Origin: Anaerolineales bacterium
GTDB lineage: Bacteria; Chloroflexota; Anaerolineae; Anaerolineales; E44-bin32
DNA: 64,000 nucleotides
Direction: 5' to 3'
Assembly: GCA_034430595.1 (NCBI GenBank)
Contig: DAOUEL010000078.1
Coordinates: 141,160-205,159, forward strand
The position numbers were made by a program, and so were the translations under genes. Shown here in pieces: positions 19,543 to 28,009 of this stretch (the stretch's first letter is position 1; every line of letters starts with the position of its first letter). Below the pieces are notes generated by a model. That model was not told the origin of the DNA, made no database searches, and saw only the letters and a program-made list of their open reading frames with translations.

Positions 19543-20625
19543 ATGATGGTTCGCTATATCGCTCGACGACTCATCTACGCCATCCCGGTGATGATTGGCA
19601 TCCTGGTCGTTGTCTTCGTACTGGCGCGCTTGATCCCCGGCGATCCATGCACGGCGATCCTGGGCGAGAAAGCGACGCCGGAGGCTTGCGCCCGTTTAAA
19701 TACCCAGCTCGGGCTCGACAAACCGATTACGACCCAGTTTGTGATCTACATAGAGCGCTTCATCCAGGGCGACTTCGGAAACTCGATCCGCTTCTCCCGA
19801 CCGGTTAGCCTGATTCTGGTGGAGCGGCTGCCAACGACAATCGAACTGACATTATTAGCACTGATAATTGCCGTAGCCATCGGAATTCCCGCCGGTGTGA
19901 TTTCGGCGGTCCGGCATAACTCGGCCATCGACGTCACTACGATGATCGGAGCCAACATCGGCGTCTCGATGCCGGTCTTCTGGTTGGGCCTCATGCTGGC
20001 CTATTTATTCGCCATACTTTTAAAGGACACGCCTTTATGGCTGCCGCCCTCCGGCCGACTTTCGGCCGGGGTAAGCGCCGTGCCGTTCTTCGAAGCCTGG
20101 GGCTGGAACGTCCAACCCGACTCAAAAGGCTTTAAATTCCTGGAATTTTTCGCTAACCTGTATATCCTGGACGCGATCCTCACTCAGAATTGGGCGTTAT
20201 TAGGCGATACCCTCAAGCATCTCATTCTTCCGGCGCTGGCTTTGAGCACAATCCCGATGTCGATCATCGCCCGCATGACTCGCTCCAGCCTGCTGGAAAC
20301 GCTGGGCATGGATTACATCCGCACCGCGCGCGGTAAAGGAGTGCCCGAGAGGCTGGTGGTGATGCGCCACGCGTTGAAAAACGCCCTGCTGCCAGTCGTC
20401 ACGATCATCGGCCTGCAGCTCGGCGGGCTGCTGGGTGGTGCCGTCCTGACCGAGACAATCTTTGGCCTTTCGGGCGTCGGCCGGATACTGTACGAAGCAA
20501 TTACCGCGCGCGATTACCCCATCATCCAGGCCTTCACCTTTATCATCGCGGCTGGCTATGTTGCGATCAACCTGCTGGTCGATATCTCCTACACCTTCCT
20601 CGATCCGCGCGTGAGACTGCAATGA
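19543..20625 (+). CDS. dppB: Peptide ABC transporter permease (DppB/OppB)
   Basis: LIPGDP, GDFGNS, EAA loop DYIRTARGKGV, RDYPIIQ. Confidence 0.93.
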   Translation: MMVRYIARRLIYAIPVMIGILVVVFVLARLIPGDPCTAILGEKATPEACARLNTQLGLDKPITTQFVIYIERFIQGDFGNSIRFSRPVSLILVERLPTTIELTLLALIIAVAIGIPAGVISAVRHNSAIDVTTMIGANIGVSMPVFWLGLMLAYLFAILLKDTPLWLPPSGRLSAGVSAVPFFEAWGWNVQPDSKGFKFLEFFANLYILDAILTQNWALLGDTLKHLILPALALSTIPMSIIARMTRSSLLETLGMDYIRTARGKGVPERLVVMRHALKNALLPVVTIIGLQLGGLLGGAVLTETIFGLSGVGRILYEAITARDYPIIQAFTFIIAAGYVAINLLVDISYTFLDPRVRLQ

Positions 20626-20640
20626 CGGACGGAGCAGCAC

Positions 20641-21594
20641 ATGGCTTCTGACACCGCGACCTTGCCGCTCTTTCCAGAAAGCGAAACGAAGGGGAAGGAT
20701 CTTTACCGCTCCGCGCTTGGAAGGCTGTTCCGCCGCCGTTCGGCGCTGGTTGGAATGGGAATTCTTATTACGCTTGTGATCGTGGCAATCTTCGCTCCGC
20801 TGATTGCCCCGTACGATCCGGAACAGGTCCTGATCGGGGTTGAGGATGTCAAACGGCGCCAGGCGCCGTGCATCCACCTGTTAGGATGCCCGAAGGATCA
20901 GCCCCAGCACATCATGGGCATTGACGGCAATGTACGCGATCAATTCAGCCGCGTCATTTTCGGCTCGCGTTTTTCGCTCATCATCGGCTTCACAACCGTT
21001 GGTTTTGCGATCGTAATCGGGTCCGTGCTGGGCGCGGTCGGCGGATTTGTTGGGGGTTGGGCGGATAACGCCATTATGCGCGTGATGGATGTGCTGTTAG
21101 CCTTTCCATCTCTGCTGCTGGCGATTGCTATCGTGGCGGTGCTTGGGCCAGGCTTGATCAACGCCTTGATTGCGATTGGTGTGGTATCCATCCCGGCCTA
21201 CGCACGCGTGATGCGGGCCAGCGTGCTGTCCACGAAGGAAAACGACTACGTCCTTGCTGCTCGCTCACTCGGATCGAGCTCCACCCGTATTCTCATCCGC
21301 ACCATTTTGCCGAACGCGATCACCCCGCTCATCGTGCAGGGCACGCTTGGCATCGCCACCGCGATTCTCGACGCAGCGGCACTGTCGTTTCTCGGTCTTG
21401 GAGCACAGCCACCGACACCCGAATGGGGTTCGATGCTGGGCACCGAGCGCAACCAGGTCTTTACCGCCCCACACCTGGTTTTCTTTCCCGGGCTGGCGAT
21501 TATGCTGACCGTGCTCGGTTTCAACCTGCTGGGTGATGGCCTGCGTGACGCGCTCGATCCACGGTTGGGCGAAAAGGGCGTCGTTCCGAAATAG
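20641..21594 (+). CDS. dppC: Peptide ABC transporter permease (DppC/OppC)
   Basis: MGIDGNVRDQFSRVIFGSR, DYVLAARSLG, FLGLGAQPPTPEWG, FNLLGDGLRDALDP. Confidence 0.93.
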   Translation: MASDTATLPLFPESETKGKDLYRSALGRLFRRRSALVGMGILITLVIVAIFAPLIAPYDPEQVLIGVEDVKRRQAPCIHLLGCPKDQPQHIMGIDGNVRDQFSRVIFGSRFSLIIGFTTVGFAIVIGSVLGAVGGFVGGWADNAIMRVMDVLLAFPSLLLAIAIVAVLGPGLINALIAIGVVSIPAYARVMRASVLSTKENDYVLAARSLGSSSTRILIRTILPNAITPLIVQGTLGIATAILDAAALSFLGLGAQPPTPEWGSMLGTERNQVFTAPHLVFFPGLAIMLTVLGFNLLGDGLRDALDPRLGEKGVVPK

Positions 21595-21618
21595 CTTTGA
21601 GGTGAACGAACTTTTTCC

Positions 21619-21869
21619 GTAGGGGCGACTGGCCGGTCGCCTCTACCTGCATTCTCGATAGCTCGCATCGCATCGACTATAGGCACTGCCCCGTCGTGCC
21701 CCTACAACCATGGGACATCCACGCGACCATGCACAGGCATGATTTCGTGCCTCTATGAAAATGGCATCCTCGTATTTTATCGCCGAGGCGCACGGCCGTG
21801 CGCCCCTACGTGATTCTACTGATATATCGTCCCGCACCCTGTAGGGGCACGGCGGCGCCGTGCCCCTAC
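21619..21869. repeat. Cluster of four REP-like palindromes (GTAGGGGC...GCCCCTAC family)
   Basis: Copies at 21619-21646, 21679-21705, 21786-21809 and 21841-21869; the last is a near-perfect palindrome. Confidence 0.8.
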
Positions 21870-21935
21870 AAATTAAAAGATCCGGTGTTATAGCGTATAT
21901 GTTGGAAAATCAGGATGACCGCATGGAGGGTCGAG

Positions 21936-22763
21936 TTAGGTCTTCCCCTTCAGGATAATTTCCTGGGTCGGGAAGGGCATCTCGATCCCTTCCCGCTCGA
22001 AGGCCTTCTTGATCGCTGTGACGACGATATTCGTCACCGGCAGCAGACCCACGGCCCGAGTATTCCACCAGACATAAAGCGTAAAATCGATCGTAGTGCC
22101 GCCAAAATTATCAAAGACGACCTGCGGCGATGGTTCCTTGAGCACTTCATCGATCGATTCAAGCGTTTCCAAGGCGACCTTTGTCACCCGGTCGAGATCT
22201 GATTCGTACGAGATTCCAATCGGGATCGCGATCCGGCGGCGCGGCGTGCGGGTGTTGTTGATGATCCTGCTGCTGAAGACATCGGCGTTGGGGAAAATGA
22301 CGTAGCGGCCATCCTGAGCACGAATTTCGGTCGAGCGCAGGTTGATCTCAAGCACTTCGCCGATGATATCTTCGATTTCAATGCTGTCACCAATTCGGAA
22401 CGGCTGCAGCAGCAGGATCAGCAGGCCAGCGATGAAATTCTTGGCCACATCCTGCAGCGCAAAACCGATCGTAAAGCCGGCCACCCCCAAACCGGCCAGC
22501 AGCGTGCCGAAACGTCCGGGAGCGATCTGCTCCAGGGCCCAGATAACGCCGATTGCCAGGATCCCCCAGCGGGCGATGAGCTGCATGAGTACAATCAATT
22601 CCTGGTCGTGGCCGCGGCTCGCCAGCGTCCGCTTGAGGACACGCGCGACCCAGACGGATATCAGGCTTGCGGCAATGAAAATCAGAATTGCCAGTGCTAG
22701 ATTGGGCAGGAAGTCGACCACGGATTGAAGGATCGAGTCGAGCGAGAAATTGCTGAAGGTCAT
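21936..22763 (-). CDS. mscS: Small-conductance mechanosensitive channel
   Basis: GFTIGFALQDVAKNFIAG, PFRIGDSI, INLRSTEI, IGISYESD, GIEMPFP. Confidence 0.93.
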   Translation of the reverse strand: MTFSNFSLDSILQSVVDFLPNLALAILIFIAASLISVWVARVLKRTLASRGHDQELIVLMQLIARWGILAIGVIWALEQIAPGRFGTLLAGLGVAGFTIGFALQDVAKNFIAGLLILLLQPFRIGDSIEIEDIIGEVLEINLRSTEIRAQDGRYVIFPNADVFSSRIINNTRTPRRRIAIPIGISYESDLDRVTKVALETLESIDEVLKEPSPQVVFDNFGGTTIDFTLYVWWNTRAVGLLPVTNIVVTAIKKAFEREGIEMPFPTQEIILKGKT

Positions 22764-23823
22764 GAAACACCCCGCAGAAAGTGCATCGGCCGAACTCGAT
22801 CATAGCACACCGCTGGTGTCGGTGCTGATGCCATGCTTCAACGCGGCCGATACGCTCGACGAAGCGATTTCCTCGATCGTCGACGGCACCTTTCCTGCGC
22901 TCGAGATCGTCGCCGTTGACGATGGCTCGACTGATGGCACGCCCGGAAAGCTTGCCGAGTGGGCAAGCCGCGACCGGCGTGTGCGCGTGCTTACGCTCGA
23001 GCACGGCGGGATCATCCCCGCGCTCAATGCAGGGATTCAAGCATCAAAGGGCAATTTGATCGCCCGCATGGACGCCGACGACCGCTGCCATCCCGAGCGA
23101 CTGGAGCGGCAGGTGGAATTGATGGGTGCCCGGCCCGACCTGGCGCTCGTCAGCAGCCTGGTGGAGGGTTTCCCGGCGGGCGAGGTGCGGGGCGGGTTTC
23201 AGGCTTATATCGACTGGCTCAACCGTCTCGTCGACCACGAGTCGATCGCCCGCGAGATCTTCATCGAGAGCCCGCTCGCCCATCCCTCGGTCACCTTCCG
23301 CAAACGCTGGGTAGAGCAAGTCGGCGGCTACCAGGAGCATGGCTGGCCGGAGGATTATGACCTGTGGCTACGGCTTTTTCTAGCCGGGGCACACTTTGAG
23401 AAAGTCCCGGAAGTGCTGCTCTCTTGGCGCGAGCACGCCGACCGGCTGACGCGCACCGATTCGCGCTACGCCGTGGAACAGTTCTTGCGGGCGAAGGCGC
23501 ACTACCTGATGTTGGGGCCGCTGCGCGATTGCGACGCGCTCATCATCTGGGGTGCCGGACAGATGGGACGACGCATCGCCAAGCACCTCGACCGGGCTGG
23601 CGCTCCACTGGCGGTGTTCATCGACATCGATCCGGCCAAGATCGGACGGCAGAAGCGTGGGAAGCCCATCCTTTCACCTGACTCGCTGCGGGAGGAGCTT
23701 GCTCGCTACAAGAAACCCGTCGTGCTGGCGGCGGTCGGTTCGCGCGGCGCCCGGGCTTTGATTCGCGAGCGCTTGAGCGGCATGGGGCTGCGCGAAGGCG
23801 TGGATTGGTGGGCAGTCGCGTAG
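22762..23823 (+). CDS. Glycosyltransferase family 2 with C-terminal Rossmann-like extension (start uncertain)
   Basis: VSVLMPCFN, VDDGSTD, ARMDADD, EDYDLW, IWGAGQMG. Confidence 0.9.
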   Translation: MKHPAESASAELDHSTPLVSVLMPCFNAADTLDEAISSIVDGTFPALEIVAVDDGSTDGTPGKLAEWASRDRRVRVLTLEHGGIIPALNAGIQASKGNLIARMDADDRCHPERLERQVELMGARPDLALVSSLVEGFPAGEVRGGFQAYIDWLNRLVDHESIAREIFIESPLAHPSVTFRKRWVEQVGGYQEHGWPEDYDLWLRLFLAGAHFEKVPEVLLSWREHADRLTRTDSRYAVEQFLRAKAHYLMLGPLRDCDALIIWGAGQMGRRIAKHLDRAGAPLAVFIDIDPAKIGRQKRGKPILSPDSLREELARYKKPVVLAAVGSRGARALIRERLSGMGLREGVDWWAVA

Positions 23824-23850
23824 TGATTGAACGATAAGAGCCGGAGCGGA

Positions 23851-25008
23851 TCAGCCGATGAAAGCCCAGAGGACGAATAAACCTGCCAGGTAAAGTTGTA
23901 TTGCCCCCGAGATGATGATAGCCAGAAAGCGTCTGCGCCCCGACCCGAAAAACGCCGGCAGGGCAGCGAAGAGTGGATAGCCCGAAAGTGCATAGCGGCC
24001 AAACCCTGCCAGGAATTCATTTTGGGTTCCAGTTGCAAGAAGGAGCAAGACCAATCCACCCTGATAAGCAGCATGCTGCAAGGGAACATTCTTTGCTGCC
24101 CAGTAGATCGCGATTATGGCCACTACAGCGATAAGAATATTGGGCCACGAGCGCAAAAGGAGGACTGGCCAACCCAGGTGCTCTTGCGCTTGAACCAGTG
24201 CGATCCAGGGCGCAATCCATTGCCGACCCCAGATCGATCGAAGCAGTTCGCTGAAGTCGGGGTATCCTGCAGCGATACGCCAGGATAGGAAGAGACCCAT
24301 CCCGAGCGGTGGGCCCAACGCAGCCAAAAAGCGTCCTAAGGCTCGACGCGGGCTGGGCCAAAGGATAAACACGATGGAGAGCGGCAGCGCGGTTGAATGC
24401 GTTAGACCTGCGGCCAAACCCGTGATTAAAGCCAATCCCCAGTGCCCGCTGGCAGCGCTCCAAATTCCAAGCAGGATGAGCAGCAGAAGCAGGGAGTGGG
24501 GATAACCCGCGACCAGGAAGAATGCTGTCGGAAACAGCGCCAGTCCTGCCAGAGCCAGCGGCGCCTGCTCTTCCCGTCCCAGTGCGACCATCCAGTGATC
24601 TAAAAGATAGAACGAGAGCAGTGCGGCCAGGTTGCTGACGAGCAGCAGGCCCATCCAAGCATCCCCTCCAAACAGCCAGCCGACTGCGCGCCCGAGCAGT
24701 GGATAGAGAGGAAAAAAACCGGAACGTACATCTCCGGCATACCCCAGCTGTGCGATGCGCAGATAGTGGACGCTGTCCCAGCGCAGCCACACATCGACGA
24801 ACAGGCCACGAAAGCCAGTCGTGATAGGCTGGACCCCCTCCAATGCAGGAATCCCGCTTGCAGCTTGCGGCAGGCCCATCGCCTGGATCAGCGAGAACCA
24901 CAGGCTGCTAATGATGCGTAAGCCGAAAAAGGCAATCAGCGTTCGGCGCCAGGAAGGGTCAAGGTGTTGTACTAAGTTTCGGTAGGAGCGTTTGAAAAAG
25001 GTAACCAT
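23851..25008 (-). CDS. GT-C fold (PIG-V-like) mannosyltransferase
   Basis: RWDSVHYLRIAQLGY, FFPLYPLL, LFPTAFFLVAGYPHSL; multi-TM. Confidence 0.75.
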   Translation of the reverse strand: MVTFFKRSYRNLVQHLDPSWRRTLIAFFGLRIISSLWFSLIQAMGLPQAASGIPALEGVQPITTGFRGLFVDVWLRWDSVHYLRIAQLGYAGDVRSGFFPLYPLLGRAVGWLFGGDAWMGLLLVSNLAALLSFYLLDHWMVALGREEQAPLALAGLALFPTAFFLVAGYPHSLLLLLILLGIWSAASGHWGLALITGLAAGLTHSTALPLSIVFILWPSPRRALGRFLAALGPPLGMGLFLSWRIAAGYPDFSELLRSIWGRQWIAPWIALVQAQEHLGWPVLLLRSWPNILIAVVAIIAIYWAAKNVPLQHAAYQGGLVLLLLATGTQNEFLAGFGRYALSGYPLFAALPAFFGSGRRRFLAIIISGAIQLYLAGLFVLWAFIG

Positions 25009-25350
25009 CTTGGCTCCTGGGGATAGGCGGTCGTGTCATTACAGCATAGCGCGAAACTTTCCCGCGTGCACCCGTGGTCGAAACAATGATGAGCTGAAAG
25101 GGCGGCTAATTTGCATTTGTGTCATGCTTAATCCCTGCGCACAAATCCCACATCATTCATCCTATTCAGAAGGAATGTATGGGTCTATAATTTCCGCCGT
25201 ACCGCATCACGCTCTCCCCGGTGAGGGGAATCCTGATTGCAAAAAGCTGTTTACAGAGCCAGGCCGCGCACTCACTGATCAAGGTGCGTGGCGTGCTGGC
25301 GTGGAATGAACCCGGTCCAAGGCGCTTGGGCTGGCTGCGAGGAGCGCGGA

Positions 25351-26922
25351 ATGAAGCAAAAGAATAAACGAGCACGTATCATCGCCTGGGGGTTAGCGAT
25401 CCCCGTCATCGCCGTCAGCGTGACCAAGGCGATTGTCAGTTTGACTGGACAGCCAGCGCTCGATGATCCGGTCGAAGTCCTGGGCTGGGGATTGACGCTT
25501 CCATTGGCGTTTTCGGTGCTGGCGGCGTTGATCATCGCCCGCCAACCCGGCAACCGGGTCGGATGGCTGATGATGATCATCGGCTTGTCGGGCGGATTGA
25601 GCAACATGAATGACCTTGTGCTGGTGTCTTATACTTATTCACCTCCGGAGCATCTGACCCTGGGCTTGTGGTTGATACTGTACCTGCACAACGGAGGTTG
25701 GGTATTTTCGTTCTTCCCTCTCTTTCTCATCCCGCTTTATTTCCCGACTGGCAATCCCCCCTCGCCGCGCTGGCGCTGGGTCGCTTGGCTCGCACTGGGG
25801 ATGGTGCTGACCTTTGTTGTGCTGGGAGCCTTTTTTGAGAACTTCGAGACCTCGAATTGGACGATCCCCAACCCAATAGGCGTCATCCCGGCTAGTTTCT
25901 GGGAAGGCGGTTTCATGCTTCTCTGGACAGTCGGTCTGCTCGTGGTTGTTGCCGGCTCCGTCGCTTCGCTGTACATGCGTTATTGGGGAGCGGGCAGCGG
26001 TGAACGGCAGCAGATCAAGGTGCTGCTTTTGGCGGGCGTGATGTTCGCAGTCTTTTATTCACTGGTTGCACTCTTCTTCTCAAATGCGGAGGGCGGTTTT
26101 AGCCTCCTGGCCAACTTGCTTTTTTTTCTCACCATTCTGGGCATCCCTGTGGCGATCGCAATTTCCATCTTCCGCTACCGGCTGTGGGACCTGGACGTTG
26201 TGATCAACCGGGCGCTGATCTACGGCCCACTGACGACCCTCATGGCGGGCACATTCGCCATGGTGATCGCGCTGACGACTGAGCTCACGAAAGAGGCGCT
26301 CGGCGACCAGTCGAAGGCGCTTGGGGCGGCGATATCAGCCGTTATCGTGGCGGTTGTCTTTCAACCACTTCGCAGCCGGATTGAAGATTTCGTTGATAAG
26401 CGCTTTTACCCCCAGAAGCTCGACCTGGCATCCGGGTTGGTGGAGGTGATGCCCGAATACTGGAGCTTTCTCGACCGCGAGACGCTGATGGAATTAGCGA
26501 TGGAGCATGTGAGGAGCGTGCTCGGCACCGAGCATGCGGCTTTCTACCTCGCCACCGGCCCGGACCGCTTCCAACTGGCCAGTCAGCTGAACGGTGCCGC
26601 GCGAGAACATCCTATGATCATGCTTTCGAAGAAGCAGCACGAAGAGCTGCAGAAGAAGCGCGTTGTTGCCAGCGAGGGCATGGCTAACCTCGCCGGACAC
26701 GTGCCGCTCTTCATCGACCGCGGGAAATCGAACGAGCTGCTCGGCCTGCTTTCGGTTGGTTCCCGGGCGAGCGGCAAGGGCTATTCAGGGGATGACCTGA
26801 AGGGGCTGGTCGACTTGGGGAACAAGATCGGCCTGGCGCTGAACGCCATCCGCATGGCCGAGAAGCGGAAAGCGTCCGAATCGCCCTTGACGACTCCTAA
26901 CGCTGCCGTCGCACAGTTGTAA
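25351..26922 (+). CDS. Multi-TM sensor-like protein with C-terminal GAF-like domain and no output domain
   Basis: RQPGNRVGW, FPTG...SPRWRW, NPIG, ERQQIK, IFRYRLWDLD, then GAF-like LGLLSVGSR...YSGDDL; ATG 25351 after GAGGAG. Confidence 0.75.
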   Translation: MKQKNKRARIIAWGLAIPVIAVSVTKAIVSLTGQPALDDPVEVLGWGLTLPLAFSVLAALIIARQPGNRVGWLMMIIGLSGGLSNMNDLVLVSYTYSPPEHLTLGLWLILYLHNGGWVFSFFPLFLIPLYFPTGNPPSPRWRWVAWLALGMVLTFVVLGAFFENFETSNWTIPNPIGVIPASFWEGGFMLLWTVGLLVVVAGSVASLYMRYWGAGSGERQQIKVLLLAGVMFAVFYSLVALFFSNAEGGFSLLANLLFFLTILGIPVAIAISIFRYRLWDLDVVINRALIYGPLTTLMAGTFAMVIALTTELTKEALGDQSKALGAAISAVIVAVVFQPLRSRIEDFVDKRFYPQKLDLASGLVEVMPEYWSFLDRETLMELAMEHVRSVLGTEHAAFYLATGPDRFQLASQLNGAAREHPMIMLSKKQHEELQKKRVVASEGMANLAGHVPLFIDRGKSNELLGLLSVGSRASGKGYSGDDLKGLVDLGNKIGLALNAIRMAEKRKASESPLTTPNAAVAQL

Positions 26923-26987
26923 GTTCAGTACCACCCGCCACCGAGGGTGGAGTCCACGAAGGCCAGGGAAGAACCCCTCTTGCAGCT

Positions 26988-27311
26988 TTATTCCTTATAC
27001 AGGAGCAGCAGCATCGTCACCGGGGTGCGGGCGCGCACGCTGTGCGGCAGGCGGGCCGGCATGCGAACCCACGTGCCGGGTGCGGCTGTGAGTTCATCCT
27101 CGCCGAGCTTGAGGTCGGCCTCGCCTTCAATAAAATGCAGAATCGCGGGCTGCGAGGCGGTGTGCTCGGAGAGCTCCTGGCCGGTGGCGAAGGAAAAGAG
27201 AATCGCCTTCAACCGATCGTCTTCAAAAAAGGTTCGGCTTAGAATCGAATCGGACGGAACGTCCGGGGCAAGGTCGTCGATTTTTTCGAAGTACGTATAG
27301 TCTTGGCTTAT
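26988..27311 (-). CDS. Cupin-domain protein, probable non-canonical ATA start
   Basis: GQELSEHTA...G...MPARLPHSV cupin motifs; coding-like frame extends 33 codons above TTG 27212 to ATA 27311, with an in-frame TAA just upstream. Confidence 0.75.
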   Translation of the reverse strand: MSQDYTYFEKIDDLAPDVPSDSILSRTFFEDDRLKAILFSFATGQELSEHTASQPAILHFIEGEADLKLGEDELTAAPGTWVRMPARLPHSVRARTPVTMLLLLYKE

Positions 27312-27420
27312 GATCCCTCTTCTCCCGGCTGATTAAAATGAACAGAAGTCATGTTCTCGAGCAGGCATTCCAAAGCGCCTACCCCGGCTAATGGCAATCT
27401 GAACGTCTCACAGGCAAGCA

Positions 27421-28002
27421 TCAGGGAGCGAACGGTCCGAGGACCTGCTGAAGCCAGGTGTCAAACGCGGCCGGCGCGAGTGCTTCAAATCCCCCCAGGA
27501 ACAGGCAGCTAAGGCCAGCCAGAACCACCAAGACGCCGAGAAATCGCAGCGGTATGTGAAGCAGCGCCTGCCATACACTTGTGTTCCAGTCCGGCGGTCC
27601 AAGCGCCATCCCGGTTCCGAGTCCGCCCAGGAGCAGTGCGGCTACTACCAACCCGGCGGCCGGATGCTGTTTCAGGTACTCCAGGAAGGACGCGTCAAGC
27701 CCGAAAGTCCGCAGCAATCCAATACCGAAGAGTGAGACCCCCAGAACGAAAACTGCAAAACCCCAGGGAACGGCAGCCGGGCCGAGGTAGGGGGAGCCTT
27801 CGCGGAAGAACTCAAGTACGCGCACCCGGCGGGTGGTGAAGGCGCCCAACCCGCTCAGGCTCAGGCCGAGGCCGAAAGCGAGCATACAGGCGGTGTAGAG
27901 CCACGGCCATTCGAACTGGCTGGCACCGACCAGCATCAGCAGCCCTAGCGCGAGGGCTCCGGTCTCAATCCATTTCAAACGCTCGAAGAATGTCTCTGTC
28001 AT
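27421..28002 (-). CDS. Small multi-TM membrane protein (194 aa), last gene of the secreted-protein cluster
   Basis: 5-6 hydrophobic segments; start 7 nt after the stop of the 999-aa gene. Confidence 0.75.
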   Translation of the reverse strand: MTETFFERLKWIETGALALGLLMLVGASQFEWPWLYTACMLAFGLGLSLSGLGAFTTRRVRVLEFFREGSPYLGPAAVPWGFAVFVLGVSLFGIGLLRTFGLDASFLEYLKQHPAAGLVVAALLLGGLGTGMALGPPDWNTSVWQALLHIPLRFLGVLVVLAGLSCLFLGGFEALAPAAFDTWLQQVLGPFAP

Positions 28003-28009
28003 CACCTGC

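Noticed and set aside
25009-25350. 340-bp intergenic region as a possible riboswitch
   Set aside because: Only a short hairpin (TCCCC-N5-GGGGA) was found, with no conserved aptamer motif I could recognise; an Rfam scan would be needed.
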